Source: Podarcis cretensis
Taxonomy: Eukaryota
DNA length: 64,000 bases
Reading direction: 5' to 3'
Assembly: GCA_951804945.1 (NCBI GenBank)
Contig: OX638153.1
Location: forward strand, 29,884,001 to 29,948,000
The notes below the pieces were generated by a model that was not told the DNA's origin, made no database searches, and was given only the letters and a program-made list of their open reading frames with translations. How positions within the stretch are numbered: the stretch's first letter is position 1; each line of letters starts with the position of its first letter. This document shows positions 1 through 14,400 of the stretch, piece after piece. The translations under genes were made by a program, and so were the position numbers.

Positions 1-2345
1 AAGAAAGTGTGGAAGATCAGTGTTTTTGTTCAATAGACCCTTGTTCGATAGAACCACAAGGTCTTTTCTGCAGTCTATATCTGACTGGTCTCTTAAATGT
101 CATCTTGGTGTGATAAGGATTATAGTGCATTGAAGAAGCTACAGGGTACAATTAAGAGAGAAAACAAAGCTGCAGTTAGGATCTTTTTTAAAAGCTGAAG
201 TGCTCAGCACTTTCCTGCATTCTAGACAGTGGTCTCATTTTCACATCCTTTAAACCGTAGTTAAACTAAACTATGGTTTCAAGAGTAACACGCAGGATGC
301 GGCTGCACCTTACTGAAACCATGGCCATTTTGCTTGTTTTCCACCCCTGTTGGGAGCTAAGGTTGTTTGGAGGAAATGAATCACAAGCTCAAGTTCAGAG
401 GTAACACTTAGCCAGACCATGGCTGCCTAGCTCCTGCCAGCAATAAGAGCAGGGTAGAAGAGACATGTATGCTTCATGTTCACCTTAAAACCACAGTTTT
501 GTGTAATTGTGGTTTAAAGCGTTGTGCATATCAGACCAGTAGAGACTTGACTTTGCATATCTGCACTGTGCCATTTCATTTAGAGCTTACTGTTCTCACC
601 TGTGTTATATCTTCATGTCACAATATTCCAGTAGTGATTGGACTAGACATCCAGAAAATTTAAATCCATGGTAGTATCTTTGGTGATGGAAGAATAATAG
701 GTTAGAGATCTTGCTACATGAAGGTTTGAGCAATGTGTCAGAGTTCAAATAAATTGCCACAATTTACATTCTTCCCCTGGGGCTGGTTAATGCATACCTC
801 AATTCCTATTTAGTTTTTGCCGCATTGTTGCTTTTTATACTGGCGGAAGTGACACACTTGGTGTATTTGCACATAATGCTAAGCCATGACTTGTTTCTCC
901 CAACCTTGGCTTGCTTCCTCTTGCCTTGTCCCTTTGAGTATCTGGGTTGGGGTGCCAAGCATTCCATGGTTGTGTTCAAGCATAATGCTAAAACCAGACA
1001 TGATGTTTAAGCCAATAACAAGCCACAGCTTCATATTGTGGTTTGCTGGCCGAAAGCAAACCATGGTTAGACTGCTGGGCTGAGTCCAGATATTCAAACA
1101 AACTGTGGCTTAATGTTTTGTGCGAACCAGGCTGTTATAAACTGATATGATTTCAAGTGTTTTATTGACTGGAGTCTTTTTTCTGGGTTCCATTTGTCTT
1201 GCATGCATTGTAAGCCACTGCTCTGCAGTCTTTCTTAGAGTTGCTGTCTGTCACTGCAGGCAGATGGAATCTTGTCTGCAGGATTTTCCATTTTGGAATT
1301 AACTGCCCTAATCTATACTGCCATAGAGAGAAGCTATTTTACCTTATGTTTGGATTCCACATTAGTGCAATTCATTCTATCATTTATATGTGTGTGAACC
1401 CATGCACGTTCATATTAGTTAGTTGGCTGATGTTGAAGGGACAATCTACATCAAGTAATATTTATTCACAGAGAACTTATTCCTTATTCCAGAGCTCCTG
1501 CCAAGGGTTGAGACAGTTGCTTCAGCAATCTAAAAGAGATATTTCAAGTAAGTAGAACCCAAGCAGTTAAAACTGCTGCAGGAAGTATGCTTGCCCATGG
1601 CATTAACTTTTATAAGTGCATTCTAGACATTGGGGTATGTGGTTTTGTAAAAACGGATATTTTTAATAATTTATTTAAGGAATAGTCTTTTACATATACA
1701 AGTCAATAACATTGGAAGATTTAAGTATCTCTAGAATATTTGATCATGCAAGATCCTAAAAGTACTCCTGCATAATGACTGCTGATTATATGCCATTATG
1801 AAACACCAACATAGTGGGAAGGTATTTCAAATTTGAAGTATGTTGAAATGCCATCTATTACCTGCTCATTTCATATTCAGGAGTTCCCAGTGTGTAGGAA
1901 AAGGAGAACATCCTTGAGATAAATTCAGGCTACAGCAGGTTCTCTAGCATGTAATTTAGCAGAAAAGCAGACAATCTAAAAAGCCAATTAAAAAATGCAG
2001 AAGTAGCACATGGTTCAGTGCTTCCTGTACTGTACCATTTCAAACTTTAGTTGAGGGGGAGATCGTATACTTTCATGATCCTCTGCATTTGATGTTTTTA
2101 AGAATGAGAAAGATAGTGCTTTGAATGTCTTCAGTTATTCTGTTGTTTGTGGTTCCAAATAAAAATTCTCATTTGCTTGAAGATGTTGAAGATGTAAGTG
2201 GATTTGTTCAACATCATGATTTGAAACAATTAAGTTACCAAGAATGATTCCTAAGAATGGGACGTACGTTTCACTTTTTGCATGAGTCTGTGAGTAACTG
2301 TATGTCTGTAAAGGTGAGCAGTATAGGCATGTTGCATATAGAGAC

Positions 2346-2452
2346 AGTCTGAAGCTAAACTGATCTCAGTTTGGCTGGTGCTTGGATGGTACACTGCTTG
2401 GGAATTTTGTAGGTAACCTTGAGTCCCATGGAAGAAAGGCAGGATATAAACT
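2346..2452 (+). mobile_element. 5S rRNA-derived SINE (SINE3-like), degenerate
   Basis: gaagctaaactgatctcagtttggctggtgcttggatgg...tgggaa resembles the 5S internal control region; tail gaaaggcaggatataaa. Confidence 0.55.
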
Positions 2453-2641
2453 TTTTTTAAAAAAGGATGAATAACCTAATCTGCAGTCACATGTTGAAGT
2501 TTGAACATTGTTGATTTACAGTAGGGTGAAATTCAAAAATAAAAACCTTATGTCAATACAGCTCCACAACTGTTCTACCCAGGAAGTTTGCAGAACATTG
2601 TGGTTACTGGGATAGTAGGCAGTACTGCGAATTCCAGTATA

Positions 2642-2882
2642 TAGCGGTACCTCAGTTTACGAACTTAATCCATTCCAGAAGTCTGTTCTTAAACCAAAAC
2701 CGTTATTAAACTGAGGCACACTTTCCCTAATGAGGTCTCCTGCCGCTGGTGCCCTTCCACCCTTCGGATTCCATTCTTAAACCAAGGTAAAGTTCTCATA
2801 CCGGGACACTATTTCCGGTTTTGCGGAGTTCGTAAACTGAATCGTTCTTAAACAGATCTGTTCTTAAACTGAGGTACCACTG
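2642..2882. mobile_element. Tc1/mariner (pogo/Tigger-like) MITE
   Basis: TIR (C)AG(T)GGTACCTCAGTTTA...TAAACTGAGGTACCACTG flanked by TA. Confidence 0.8.
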
Positions 2883-5234
2883 TAATGTGATGGTGATAAT
2901 AGAAATTCTGAGAAATTAGTTTAATTTCACTGCACACAGTTGGTGTGGTGACAATAAAGGTTTATTCTTCTTCTTATTGTTGTTGTTATCATTGAAATTT
3001 ACAAGAATAATCAATCATACCACTATTTTTATAGACTTAGTGATATTATGAAAATCAGCACTGGTTTCATTTTAAGTATTGAAGGACGTATAATATTGAG
3101 AGACCACTTTAAGAGAACTTTGAGGGTAAATTCATTTTGATTTCATTACTGAAGATGTGAAGTTACAATTCTGGCATGCCTTCTGTAAAATTCAGTAAAA
3201 AAAAGAGTAGTAGACTTGGTAGACCTGCTTTAATACTTTTTCATTCCCAATCATAGCATCAAGCAAAAAATAAAATTCTTTTAGCAAAGCCATAAATACA
3301 TAAATAAATGCACTTATAACTCATAGTTCTACTAACAGCTAAGCTACAGCTGGCTCAATCCAACATTTAAACCAATTAAAAGGTACAGCCCTACAAGTAA
3401 GCAATCCACAGTGAATTATAGTTGTTTGTTCTCCAATAGGCCTTAGATTTTCACTCTGCCCAGAAAGGAACATAAGTGTCTTTAAAAGTGTGACTCAGAA
3501 TTGCCCCAGGTGGTTTGGGAATCTTGGGTATTTGGAAACGTCAAATGTTTTAACAAAAATACTTTAAGTAGAATGATATGTATTTGGAGGAGACATGTTG
3601 AATTTAGGGGTGCCTCCTTCCCCGACAGAACCTACAACAGTTGCATGGCATGCAGAAATTTCATTGCTATGCCTTTTTGCTGTCAAATATGTGCAATGAT
3701 TTGAAAACCTGCTCACATTGAATTTCTGCAGCTATTAAAATACAGAGTCTGTGTTGGTCAAAAAAATGGCATTGTGGAATACAACTCAGTGAGAGACTGG
3801 ATCGTAAGGCTTCTGGTGTATTTTAGCAGTTTAAATCTGATATCTTACATTGAATAATCGCTACGTAACTTGCTGCTAGTAGAGTTGAATACAGAACCTG
3901 CTACTTTGCTAAAATTGGTTGTGAATCTATTTGTGCTGACCATCTCTGTTTAGTACTTCAACGTTGTACTTTTACAAAGGAATAAATAGCATAGGAGGTT
4001 TTTTCTAAGACAAATGAGCTGGTGATGCCTTTGTTCCAGGATCATAAGTAACTGCTAAAATGTGTGGGTGTAGATCACATTTGGGAAATTGGTGAGTCAC
4101 TTTGGGCCCTTAGCTGACTTTCATGTGTGGCCTGTAGGCCCACTGCCCAGCTGATTAGCTAGAAACAGTTTGGAGCCTACCACTGGGGATGCACCACAGC
4201 TGTTCTCAATGGCACTCAGCTGGGTGGGAGGGGAGGTATAGGCAGCAGAAGCCCTCTTTTGACATCCTTCTGTTTCATCTGCTTCATTTCATTCACATTT
4301 GTGACATAATATGCCTGTGAGTAGGTATCTCTGCATTTTATGGTCTGTAACTTCCTAAGATCCAGACTTGCATATGCTTTGCGTGCTCTTCCATTACTGG
4401 TACTGTTATCAAAGAAGAACTGAGTAAGTGTGTAAATTGAATGTTACCATCAAGCGTTTTTTTTTATAGGCCAAAGTGCCAATGTTACATGTCTAATCAC
4501 TGAACAAGGAATGGGTTTCTGTGCTCTTTTCTCTCCTTTCTCCACTTGGTTGCAAATTCTGACTTGTCGTTCCCGCTTTAGTGGTGGCTCAGCAATAACT
4601 GCTGTATTGACACTAACTATGGAGTTTGTTAATCCATCTCCAACTGTGGTTTTGTAACCTGGTTAGAGTTGATGCATTGGGAAGACAACACTGGTGGGTT
4701 TAGATTAGTAATAATTATTTTACTGTTTTGCCTACCAATTTAAAAGAATCTACAAGCTTTCAAACATGTAACACAGTGCAAACCAGTTAATCCCATTATT
4801 CTAACCCATCATCTCTGCAAAATGAACACTGAATTTGAGGCACAATCCTTTTTCCTGTCTGATGCTGTGCTCATGATTGGAGGAAGCTCTGTAGGACCTG
4901 ACTTTACCCTCTTCACTTTAGCACATATGTATCTCTGTACATGAGCCATGAAGAGGAGAAGGAAATGGAGTTCTGGTGTGCCTTGAGGCAGGGATGGGTA
5001 ACAAATAACCCTCTAGATGTGGCTAACTTAGAGAGAGTGGTGAAGACACTAATAAAACAAAATTCTGGTAAATAAGGGTTGGTAGCAATATGCAATCTTT
5101 AGAAGAAATCCAACACAGGTCAGCACAGGATCTTTAGAAGAAATCCGACAGCAGGGTGTCTGCAAACAAATAACTGGCATCAGTGCCTTAGATCCTTTCT
5201 GTTTGATCTACAAACAACTCAACCTGTTTTTCAG

Positions 5235-5443
5235 GTGATACGAAGAAGTAGTGATGAAGAAAAACTGCTCTGCTTGGTTCGACAGCGTGCAGGACATCAC
5301 TGCCAAAATGCCGTCATTGTGATACTTATTTTGGCTTGGGAGGGGATTCCTCATCTTCTGGCTGACACTCTATACAAGGAACTGACCCAGAGCCTCAGAA
5401 AATATGGCTGTCCAACTAGCCGAAGATGTGCACTAAATGAAGA
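5235..5443 (+). CDS. TET1: TET1 exon, Cys-rich region ([23 protein letters not shown]...RRCALNE), 209 nt
   Basis: ttttcag acceptor, gtgagt donor, ends phase 2. Confidence 0.95.
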
Positions 5444-8400
5444 GTGAGTGCACTCCAGAACACTGATATTTTGATGCATGAAAGTTTTAATTCTCCCACA
5501 TAATTTACTTCTGTGACTCATAATTATTCTTTTTAAGATTTCAGATTATAGTCCTAGTACATAAAACTTGAAAAAGTGTTATTTTGTAGTTGAGTAGAAT
5601 GTAGCCAACATTTAATTGCCAATTTGAGTATAGTGTGGGAGGACCAAAATGAGCTTTCTGCTCCTCCTGTTTCCATCTCTGGCAAAAAAAGAAATTACAT
5701 GAAGACAGGTGTTTCCCTTCATTTTAATTTACTTGAGCCACATCTTGTGCTGCTTCTGATGCTGTGAAGGAATGACAACCAAACCTATCAAGCATGATCT
5801 CTTTCTCTAAATAGCTTAAATTATAAACTTAGTATATCCCATTAGAAGGTCAATTGACTAGGAAATCTCTTATACACAGTAATGGAAAAGTAACATTTAT
5901 ACCCAAATTGGTCATTATCAAAAACAGCTGATGAACTATGACACGTGTGTTTTTCCATTGTTCTGTTCAGAGATGTTTGGGGTATGCATTTATAGAAGCT
6001 TGCTGCACTGCTGGCTGATTGCCACTTGTTTAAATCTTCCACAGTCGTACCTGCGCCTGTCAAGGCCTTGATCCAGAGACATGTGGAGCATCCTTCTCAT
6101 TTGGCTGTTCATGGAGTATGTATTATAATGGCTGTAAGTTTGCCAGAAGCAAAGCCCCCAGGAAATTTAGACTTCTCACTGATGATCACAAACAAGTAAG
6201 TGTCCTTCCTGCCTTTCTCAAAATAATTTCTAATTTACTTTTTAGGGACCAAAAGCAAAAAGGGTGCAGGGTTTTTTGCTAATTGGATCACTTGGGCATA
6301 TACATTTATAAGCATTCAAGGCAGCATGATACCTAATGTAATCTCCTCATTTCCCCCTCTCTATCCCTACTACATAGATTCTGTGTGAAGACTGAGCACC
6401 ACGACAGTGCTGTTTGTGCCAAAGCACTCATACATTATTGGTTTACCAAGGTCTTTCTTGACATTTTATTTACCCTTTTGTTTGCAGTTAACTTGCTGGC
6501 TCCTTCACCAATGCCATCCTTTCATGCCTCCAATAGCCCATAGCCGACTGTAGTTTATGTATGTGCCCTCCCAGATAGAAATTGAACATCCTCAAACATA
6601 TTCAAGGTGTCAGTTTAAATAACAGTTATTTCAGCCACTGATTAGTTTTTATTTCCCATAGTCCCAATTTTTAAAAAAGTTGGAATACTTCATGCTTGCA
6701 TAGGGGGCATGCTGATAGTGGTTTTGGTTTATTTTAATTTTTTCCAGAATTTTCCTGTATCTGAGTGCCCCAGAGTGGCACACAGTAAACACTGAAAGCA
6801 TTCAACATTAAAAAACCATTAAAGCCATATTTAGCTATAAACAAACTGAAACCCATTGTAAAATACAATAATGACAGGAAAAAGTTGAAAGTACAGTGAA
6901 AACCTTCTCCTTGTGCTAGTTATTCATCTCTTCCAAAATCATGGGTCTGCAGGTGTGTTTTTGCCAGTCATCTAAATGAAAACCATGTAGGGGAATAATG
7001 CACCTCAGAGAAGAGACTGTTACAAGTTTTGGGGCTATCACAGAGAAAATCCTCCCCTGTGTCCCTGCACTGTGAATCACCTTTGGCAAGAGGGCCACAA
7101 TAGGGACTCCTGTGCAATTCTTAATGAACAAGCAGGCTGGTGTGAGATGAGGCGTTTTCATATACTTATGTGCTGCTGAAGCAAGTGCTAAATCATATAG
7201 TTCTTATGTTAAGGATGAAAAAGATGGATCACTTATCTGTTTTCTGTTTCTGTCACTGTTTTTATTAGGTGTTATTTTAGCTAAATACTGAATATTGATC
7301 ATTTTGCAGATGACATAAATCTAGGAAGTATAGCAATGCAAAAGCAGAAGAAGATAGATTCAAAGTACAGACAGATATGGATCATTTGAGCAACTGGACG
7401 GAGTGAGATGAGGTTTAATGTAAAGAAGTGTAAGATTGTTCTTTTAGGTAAGAATAGCACGTAGCATAGATTTATAAAGCCAGATATCTCTGTCGGCTAG
7501 AATGCAGTCAGAGAGAAATATTGGGTAGATAGCAACATTTTTGTGTGTGGGAGTTCATGGTATTGTGCATGCGTTTAAGAGCGACCAGATTTCTTCAGTC
7601 TGTTTTTTGCTGTAACAACAACAAAAACAGCAAAGAGTCTTGAAGCATTTTTAAACATTAACACCCTTATTATGGCTTGAGCTTTCCTGGATTAGTCTTA
7701 CTTCATCAGATGCCGTCTTAATGCTTGTGCAACATGGGCATCCCCTGGAATCTTTGGGAGATCAGGGAGGGTGTCATGTGCACAAGGAGTGTCATCTGGG
7801 AATAATCCACGGATGCAAAGAGGAATCCCTTGGGGTATATGCGTGGTTTCCCCCCATCTCACAGAAGAGAGTGAGATTGTCATCGCACTGGATCAGAGTG
7901 TCATGCTGAGCGTCTTGCAAATAAGTATGTTGCTTCAACTACTGAGCCACTACAAGACTAGCAAAACCTAAATAAAGTCATAAAAATGTATCAACTTGGG
8001 AGAATGTGATTGCAATGAGTATTCTGTACTGTTCCGTTAAGACCGAGAAGGCACTCGCCATTCATCATCATGCCTTCTGTTTTCAGTGTCCAGGCCATAG
8101 ATTAATGTAGCCAGAATGGCACAACAAGGTTTTGGAGAAGTCTGCAAGTTGAGATTTGCCGAAGTATAAAAATTATAGGGAGGGTAAAAAACTAGGGGAG
8201 GAACGAGGGAGACTCCAGTGAGAGCTAAGCATGCTCAGTGTTCAGGGATTGCTGAATGACTGATGACAGTAGACAAAAAACTTTTGGGGGGTGGGGAAGG
8301 AGAAACTAAAGGATATCCACTATGTGCTCAGAGAAATGTAACAATAGTTGTTTGGTCAAACAGATGTGCTTGCCAAATTAGCATAGGTCTAAGTGAATTT

Positions 8401-11400
8401 TCTTTAAGCAAATGTAATGTTTTAATTTAAAACAAAACGGTTTTTTATTTTGTGTGTTTGCTTTTTCACTTCTCTCCTTTCCCTTTCCCTCCCCCCCCCC
8501 ATAGCCTTGGCTGTGACCCAGAGGGCAGGATTCAGCTAAGTGGTTGCATTAATGGAAAGCAGCACAAGTCCCACTAGCACAACAGGACTGTCTCCTTGTC
8601 TCCCCCCTCCCCCATGCACTCCCATGCCCTCCCCAAATCTGCTTGGGGGTGCTGGGCAAACCCTGAGAACAGGGTGCAGGGAGAGGGGAGGGGAGGGGAG
8701 GGGAGGGGAGATCCTTCCCTCTGGCAAGCATTTCTGCTGCAATGATTGTGTTAAAGCATCACTGAAATCCACCCAGAGAGTTCTCATACTTACCTCCCCT
8801 ATTAACTCAGTAGGCGGCCTAATGTATGCTCCTGTCTCTTAATTTGAATCACTTTGCTCCTATCTGCAACATTAGGATGATTATAATTATGACCTACTTT
8901 ACAGGACAGTTGTAAGTATTACTGAAATAATAGTCTGGTTTGCAAAACCAGACCATGGCTTAAAGTGAAGTCATGGGCTGCTTTGCTCTTCTCAGGTTAT
9001 TTTGCTTATGTGCTTTGTTGAGCTATGTCATAGTTTGGCTTAGCATGAACCTGGGTCCATGGTTTACAAATTGTAAACCAGACAACAAATCTTGGTTACA
9101 GCTTGTTATTAGTCCGAAGAGAGCTAAACAGTGAAGCTGGTTTAGACAACACCCAAAGCCACACTGTGGCTTAGGTCAGTATGGTGCAGCAGCAAAATAA
9201 CTAGGGAGGAATGTAGCCATGGTTTGGCATAATTTGACATGTGAACTAGTCTATTGTGTGTGAAATGCTTGGAACACTCTAAAGCATCATACAAACACTT
9301 TCTTTATTATGAGGCAGGTTTCCAAACATGGTACTTGCTTTGAAGAAGAAATATATGTTTGTATTTTAATGCCAACGTGAACTCCCTTCCAACACCTCCA
9401 TTAGATCTTTCTCTTGGAAATGGAAAGTGAACTTGGGATCTTTTGTGAACTTCTTTTAGTGCCAAGCAATTAATTTGCTGACTGCTTTTCCCTTCCTTTG
9501 AGCAACTCTCAAGAATGTTGCTATGTTTTGCCATTATGATAGCAAACTTACATGTGGGTTAGTAACCAAAACCACAGGAAGCTGACTAAATAGTGTACTG
9601 AATCTACGTTTGATGTTGCTTTCACAGTTTTACTAGTCTGCTTCTCAAGCTATAAAATGATATGATGACTCCTTTCCCTGTCTAGGAAGAACATCTCGAA
9701 AACAATTTGCAAACTTTAGCCACTGATGTTGCTCCACTGTATCAGAAACTAGCCCCTGATGCTTTTCAAAACCAGGTAAAATCAAAGAAACTCCATTATC
9801 TCTATTATGACACATCATCGTTTTAATACTGGTGATGCAGAAAGAAAAGCTGCACAAGTTAGTTGAAGGCCTTTTGTTACCTTAACTGGCCTAGCTGAAA
9901 GAACAGCTAAGCTGCGATCCTATGCACACTTAACTGGGAGTATGTCTCATTAAACACTGTAGGACTTCTAGAAAGAAATGCACTGCTGGTGTTATAGCTT
10001 TCAAATTCCTGCTGCTGTGTCCCCTGCTTACTAACAGGGTCAAAAAACTAATTGTTGTATTCTTCATCCTCATTGCCGATCAGTGTATTGCATGAAGTTG
10101 GTAGATCCTGACAGATGTTGTTTTAATTAGATTGTAGATCTAAGGATTTTTAGCACAATTCTCATCAAATAAGTCAAGCATTTACTTTCATATTTAGCAA
10201 TGCATAACAATGACAGTGTTGGCATGTCATGGTAAACCACTAACAAGTTAGCCATGGTTAATGGTTTACCATGAGTGTGCAAATGGTTCTTACTGTAGTC
10301 CTCTCCTCTAGTGGGTTAGAGCAACAAACCATAATCCTTGGGAGTTATAGTTTGTTCTGCTCCAATCAAACCACGTTGTGAACACAAGGTTCGTTCTTAG
10401 AGTGTGCAAGTTTTGTTTTGTTGGAGCAAAACAAACCACAACCCCTAGTTTGGAAGTAATGCTAAGCCAGGAATTGTGGTTTTTAGTTCCTGATGGCTAA
10501 AGAAAGGGGCAAAAAAGGAGTGATCTCATGCTTATGTGACCTTTGGTATTCCATGGCATGTAAATTGGGTTTATGTGTTCTCAGTCCAGTTGTTCATTTC
10601 AAATGAAAAATTGTCCCTGAAGCTGGTGGTGTTTGGTGAGATACAATGTTATCTCCAGATAAGATTTATTTGTATTTGTAGGAGGGCAGTTATTAATTTG
10701 TTTTTATTTTATTATGTATTTTGTGTTTTCATTTTGCATTTTTATGTTGTGAACCTCCCTGTGATCTTCAGATGAAGGGTGGTATACAAAATTAATGATT
10801 GAATAAATAAATAATTTTTTTTTTTAAGGTGGAAAATGAGCACCTGGGTCCTGACTGTCGACTTGGGATTAAGGATGGCCGACCTTTTTCTGGTGTCACA
10901 GCTTGCATCGATTTTTGTGCTCATGCCCATAAGGATACACACAACATGCACAATGGAAGCACTGTGGTATGCAACATTGTTGGGATTCAGTTTCCCAAGT
11001 GCTTGTTCATTTACAATTTATTTACTTGGCTTCTTTAGGTTGCTACCCTGTAGCTGTGAATGCACCCTTATTTCTAGACTTGCTTTTGTTCTTAATTGTT
11101 TGTGCTCTTCTTTACAAAGTCTTCTTGCAAAAAAGCCACGTTTATAAAATAAAATAAAAAGCAATTCAGAACTGCAACAAATGCAAGACAAAACAAATAA
11201 TCGGCTTCCTGCCCTAAGTAGACCTCTAGTTCTTGGATATGTTGCAATCCCCTTTATAAAGCTGAAGTAATTTGCAAGGGGCGCTTCAAGTTGCCGTGAT
11301 TGAAAGTTAAAAGTTTTTATGGATTGATAGAGGTAAGGGAACCAAATCATTGCATGTGGAGAACAACTTCCACAAGTGCAACAAAACTTCTCTCCTCTGT

Positions 11401-14400
11401 GCTGCCCAAAATCTGCTCCAGGGGTTCCCCACTTGTGAAAGTCAGTAGACAGAAGAACTTTTTAAAGGTGAAAAGCAGCTGAGTAGATATGTGAATGATT
11501 GTGCTGTTAGTGTTTCTAAAATCATGCAATGTTGTTCAAACCATGACATGTGGCTTGATGTTTGAAGGAGAGGGGAATGTCCTTATATTTCACACAAGCA
11601 CCCCAAATATCACCTTTGCTAAAGTTGCTTCACTAACAAATAAGTGATGATTTATTATATCCCCCCCCCCGTTTTTCTGGCTAGGTTTGTACATTAACAA
11701 AAGAAGATAACCGCATGGTTGGGGTGATACCCAATGATGAGCAGCTGCATGTGCTGCCCCTTTACAAAATCTCACAAACAGATGAATTTGGCACAGAGGA
11801 GGGTCTGGAAGCCAAGATAAAAGCTGGGGCAATCCAAGTGCTTACTGCTTTCCCACGAGAAGTAAGAATGCTAGCAGAGCCACGTAGAGCGACGAAAAAG
11901 AAGAAAGCAGACTCAAAGAAGCAAACCTTAGCAGAGAAGAAGCTGTCTACTCCTGCAAAGGGAAAAAACAGAGTGCAGGAAAATACCAATAAAGCTTCAA
12001 AAAGTTTAGGTAGGTACAATAAACCTCGTTTCAAAAGTTACCTGATACTGACAGAAATCTGTTTATCAAAGGTAGGGCTGAATCTCAGAATCTGAAATCA
12101 ACAATCAAGCTCTCAGTGTGTCTAATAAGTTAGGTATTGAGGGTGGGATGAAGCAAAACGTTAGCGCAATCAGAATCTCAAGGGTACATTTAATAAACAG
12201 ACTGAATCATGGCAAGGTTGAGGTGCTATGTGGGTAAGTTGTTCTCAGATCCAGGAATTAGGGAGGCGACCTGTTCTGGGTGGAGGAACAGGTGTCTAAA
12301 GGAACAGGTGTGCAGCTTGAGCACTTCTTCTCGATTCAAAGCTGTTGTTAGAGGCCCAAGTGGCTTCAATGGTGAGGAGTGCCTGTGCCCGGCTATGGCT
12401 GGTTTGCCAGCCATGGATGTTCCTGGATCAGCGACAGCCTGACATCAGTAATTCGTATTCTGACAGTCTCACAATTCTAAAGTTGCAACACCCTCTGCAT
12501 GGGCTACCTTTGAAGATGGTCCAAAAGCTACAGCTGGTGCAGAATGCAGCTGGTAAATTATTAAGTGGGGCACCAAGGTAGGATCACATGTAATTGATCC
12601 TTAAAGGACTGCGCAGCTTGCCTGTGAGCTCCTGGGCCCAATTCAAGGCGCTGGTACTGTCACACAAAACCCTGAATGGCTTTGAGGCCCTGTATTTAAA
12701 GGAGTTCTTATCCCAATACCTTGCAGACCCATGATTTGAGACAGTTGAGGGAGGCCATGCTCATTGTCCTGCCAACAGTATGGCATCTTGTGAAGTAACA
12801 CAAGGCAGGGGCTTCTTGATACTGCAATTGTGCATTTCCCTGCCTGGAAAAGTGTGTCTGACACCTGCATTGGCAACTTCAGGTGTCAACCGAAGACACC
12901 TTCATCTGAACTTTGGGGACACAAATGGAATCCAAGAGTTTCAGTATCACCTGTTGCGCTACCTTTTTTTTAGTATTAAAATGTAATTTTAGAAGCTTTG
13001 TTTTTTGTGGTGGTTGTATTTTAAAATTTTGTGAATCACCTTGGACTCCTACAGGAGGAAGGTTTATATTAATATTTTTATTTTTATTTCTATATTGGTA
13101 GGTTGCTGAAGGCACTCAGCGGAAGGTGACCAATGTTGACTCTGTTAATTTCTTATCCTGAAAAAGTACTGCATTTAGGTTGGGTAGAGCTACTAATAGT
13201 AAATTTTCACATGATATTTAGAGAATGTATACCTGTTGTGCATGTGAGCTGTGTCTGCTGGAGTTTGCAAGCCACTTCATCAGCTGAGATTTTAAAATTT
13301 CAGCCACTTCAGTAGGAAGTCCTTTTTAGTCAAAGGCAGGCTACTTTAACACATTTTGGATACCCATATCCAACCAGTCTCCACATTTCCCCCACCCCTC
13401 CCAAAGACACACATGTGCTATTTCCAGCTCAGCGCTGACTGCTAAAACTCTTACCCAGGATACAGCTGCCTCTTCTCTGCTGGAAACGATAAGCCTCCAT
13501 TGAAGGGAAATTCATATTCTCACAATTAAGTTTGCTTTTTTATTGACCAGATACAGAAAAATGTAGAGCTTTATATTTAAAACATTTTGTTCTTTTCTCC
13601 TTAGGGAGCAAAGCTAATTCATTGCAACCTGGGACAAAAATGGAGAGTGGTGATCACCTTTCTACAATAAAACACAATTCAGACACTACTAAAAATTGCT
13701 CTGTACTAAAGCAATATGCTCCTTCCTCCCCTTTAAAGCTGGATAGTTTACATTCTTGCTCTCCATTAACTCACAAAGCTGGTGGTATAATGCCAGTGAG
13801 TAATAATCAACAAGATTTTTCAACTCCCTACGGGTATTTGCAATGCAGTAGTAACAAACCTCATGTGACACCCAAAGGTAAGATCTTTGATGTGTCCATC
13901 AGCGATCATACTGGAATTTTGCTGGATGAGAAGAGGAATGGGGTGCCCCCATTTCTTCAAGACCTTACTGTTTCAGAATCCACAGCCTTCAGAGATACCT
14001 TGCCCCACACACTTGAACAAGGAGTAGTCAGCAAGCAAAATTGTGAAATAAAGTTAGAAAACTCTCCTGCCTCACAGTTGGCTAGCTCTTGTGATTACTC
14101 AGTGCCGTTAAATTCTCCAGAAGATATAGTCAGAAATGAAATTGGTTCTTCCCAGGAGTGTCCAATGCAAAAAGGTGGTTTCAAGAACCCAAATTGTGAT
14201 TCTGCCACTGTGGATAAACACGCAAGTTGCGAGCTCTTAAAGCGCACAGAGTCCGAAGAAAAAGCAGAGGAAATGTGGTCTGACAGTGAGCATAATTTTT
14301 TGGATAATGACATAGGTGGGGTAGCTGTAGCACCATCACACGGCTCCATCTTAATTGAATGTGCACGCCGTGAGCTACACGCCACAACTCCGATTAAAAA

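Noticed and set aside
5095-5146. 17-bp direct repeat ATCTTTAGAAGAAATCC with an 18-nt spacer (CRISPR-like look)
   Set aside because: Only two copies in a vertebrate intron; a simple local duplication.
1-5234. Further upstream TET1 exons
   Set aside because: No TET-like peptide with splice sites found; the region appears intronic.
11762-14387. Antisense ORFs over TET1 exons (similar ones occur over CCAR1 exons 16, 18 and 24)
   Set aside because: Shadow ORFs of real coding exons.
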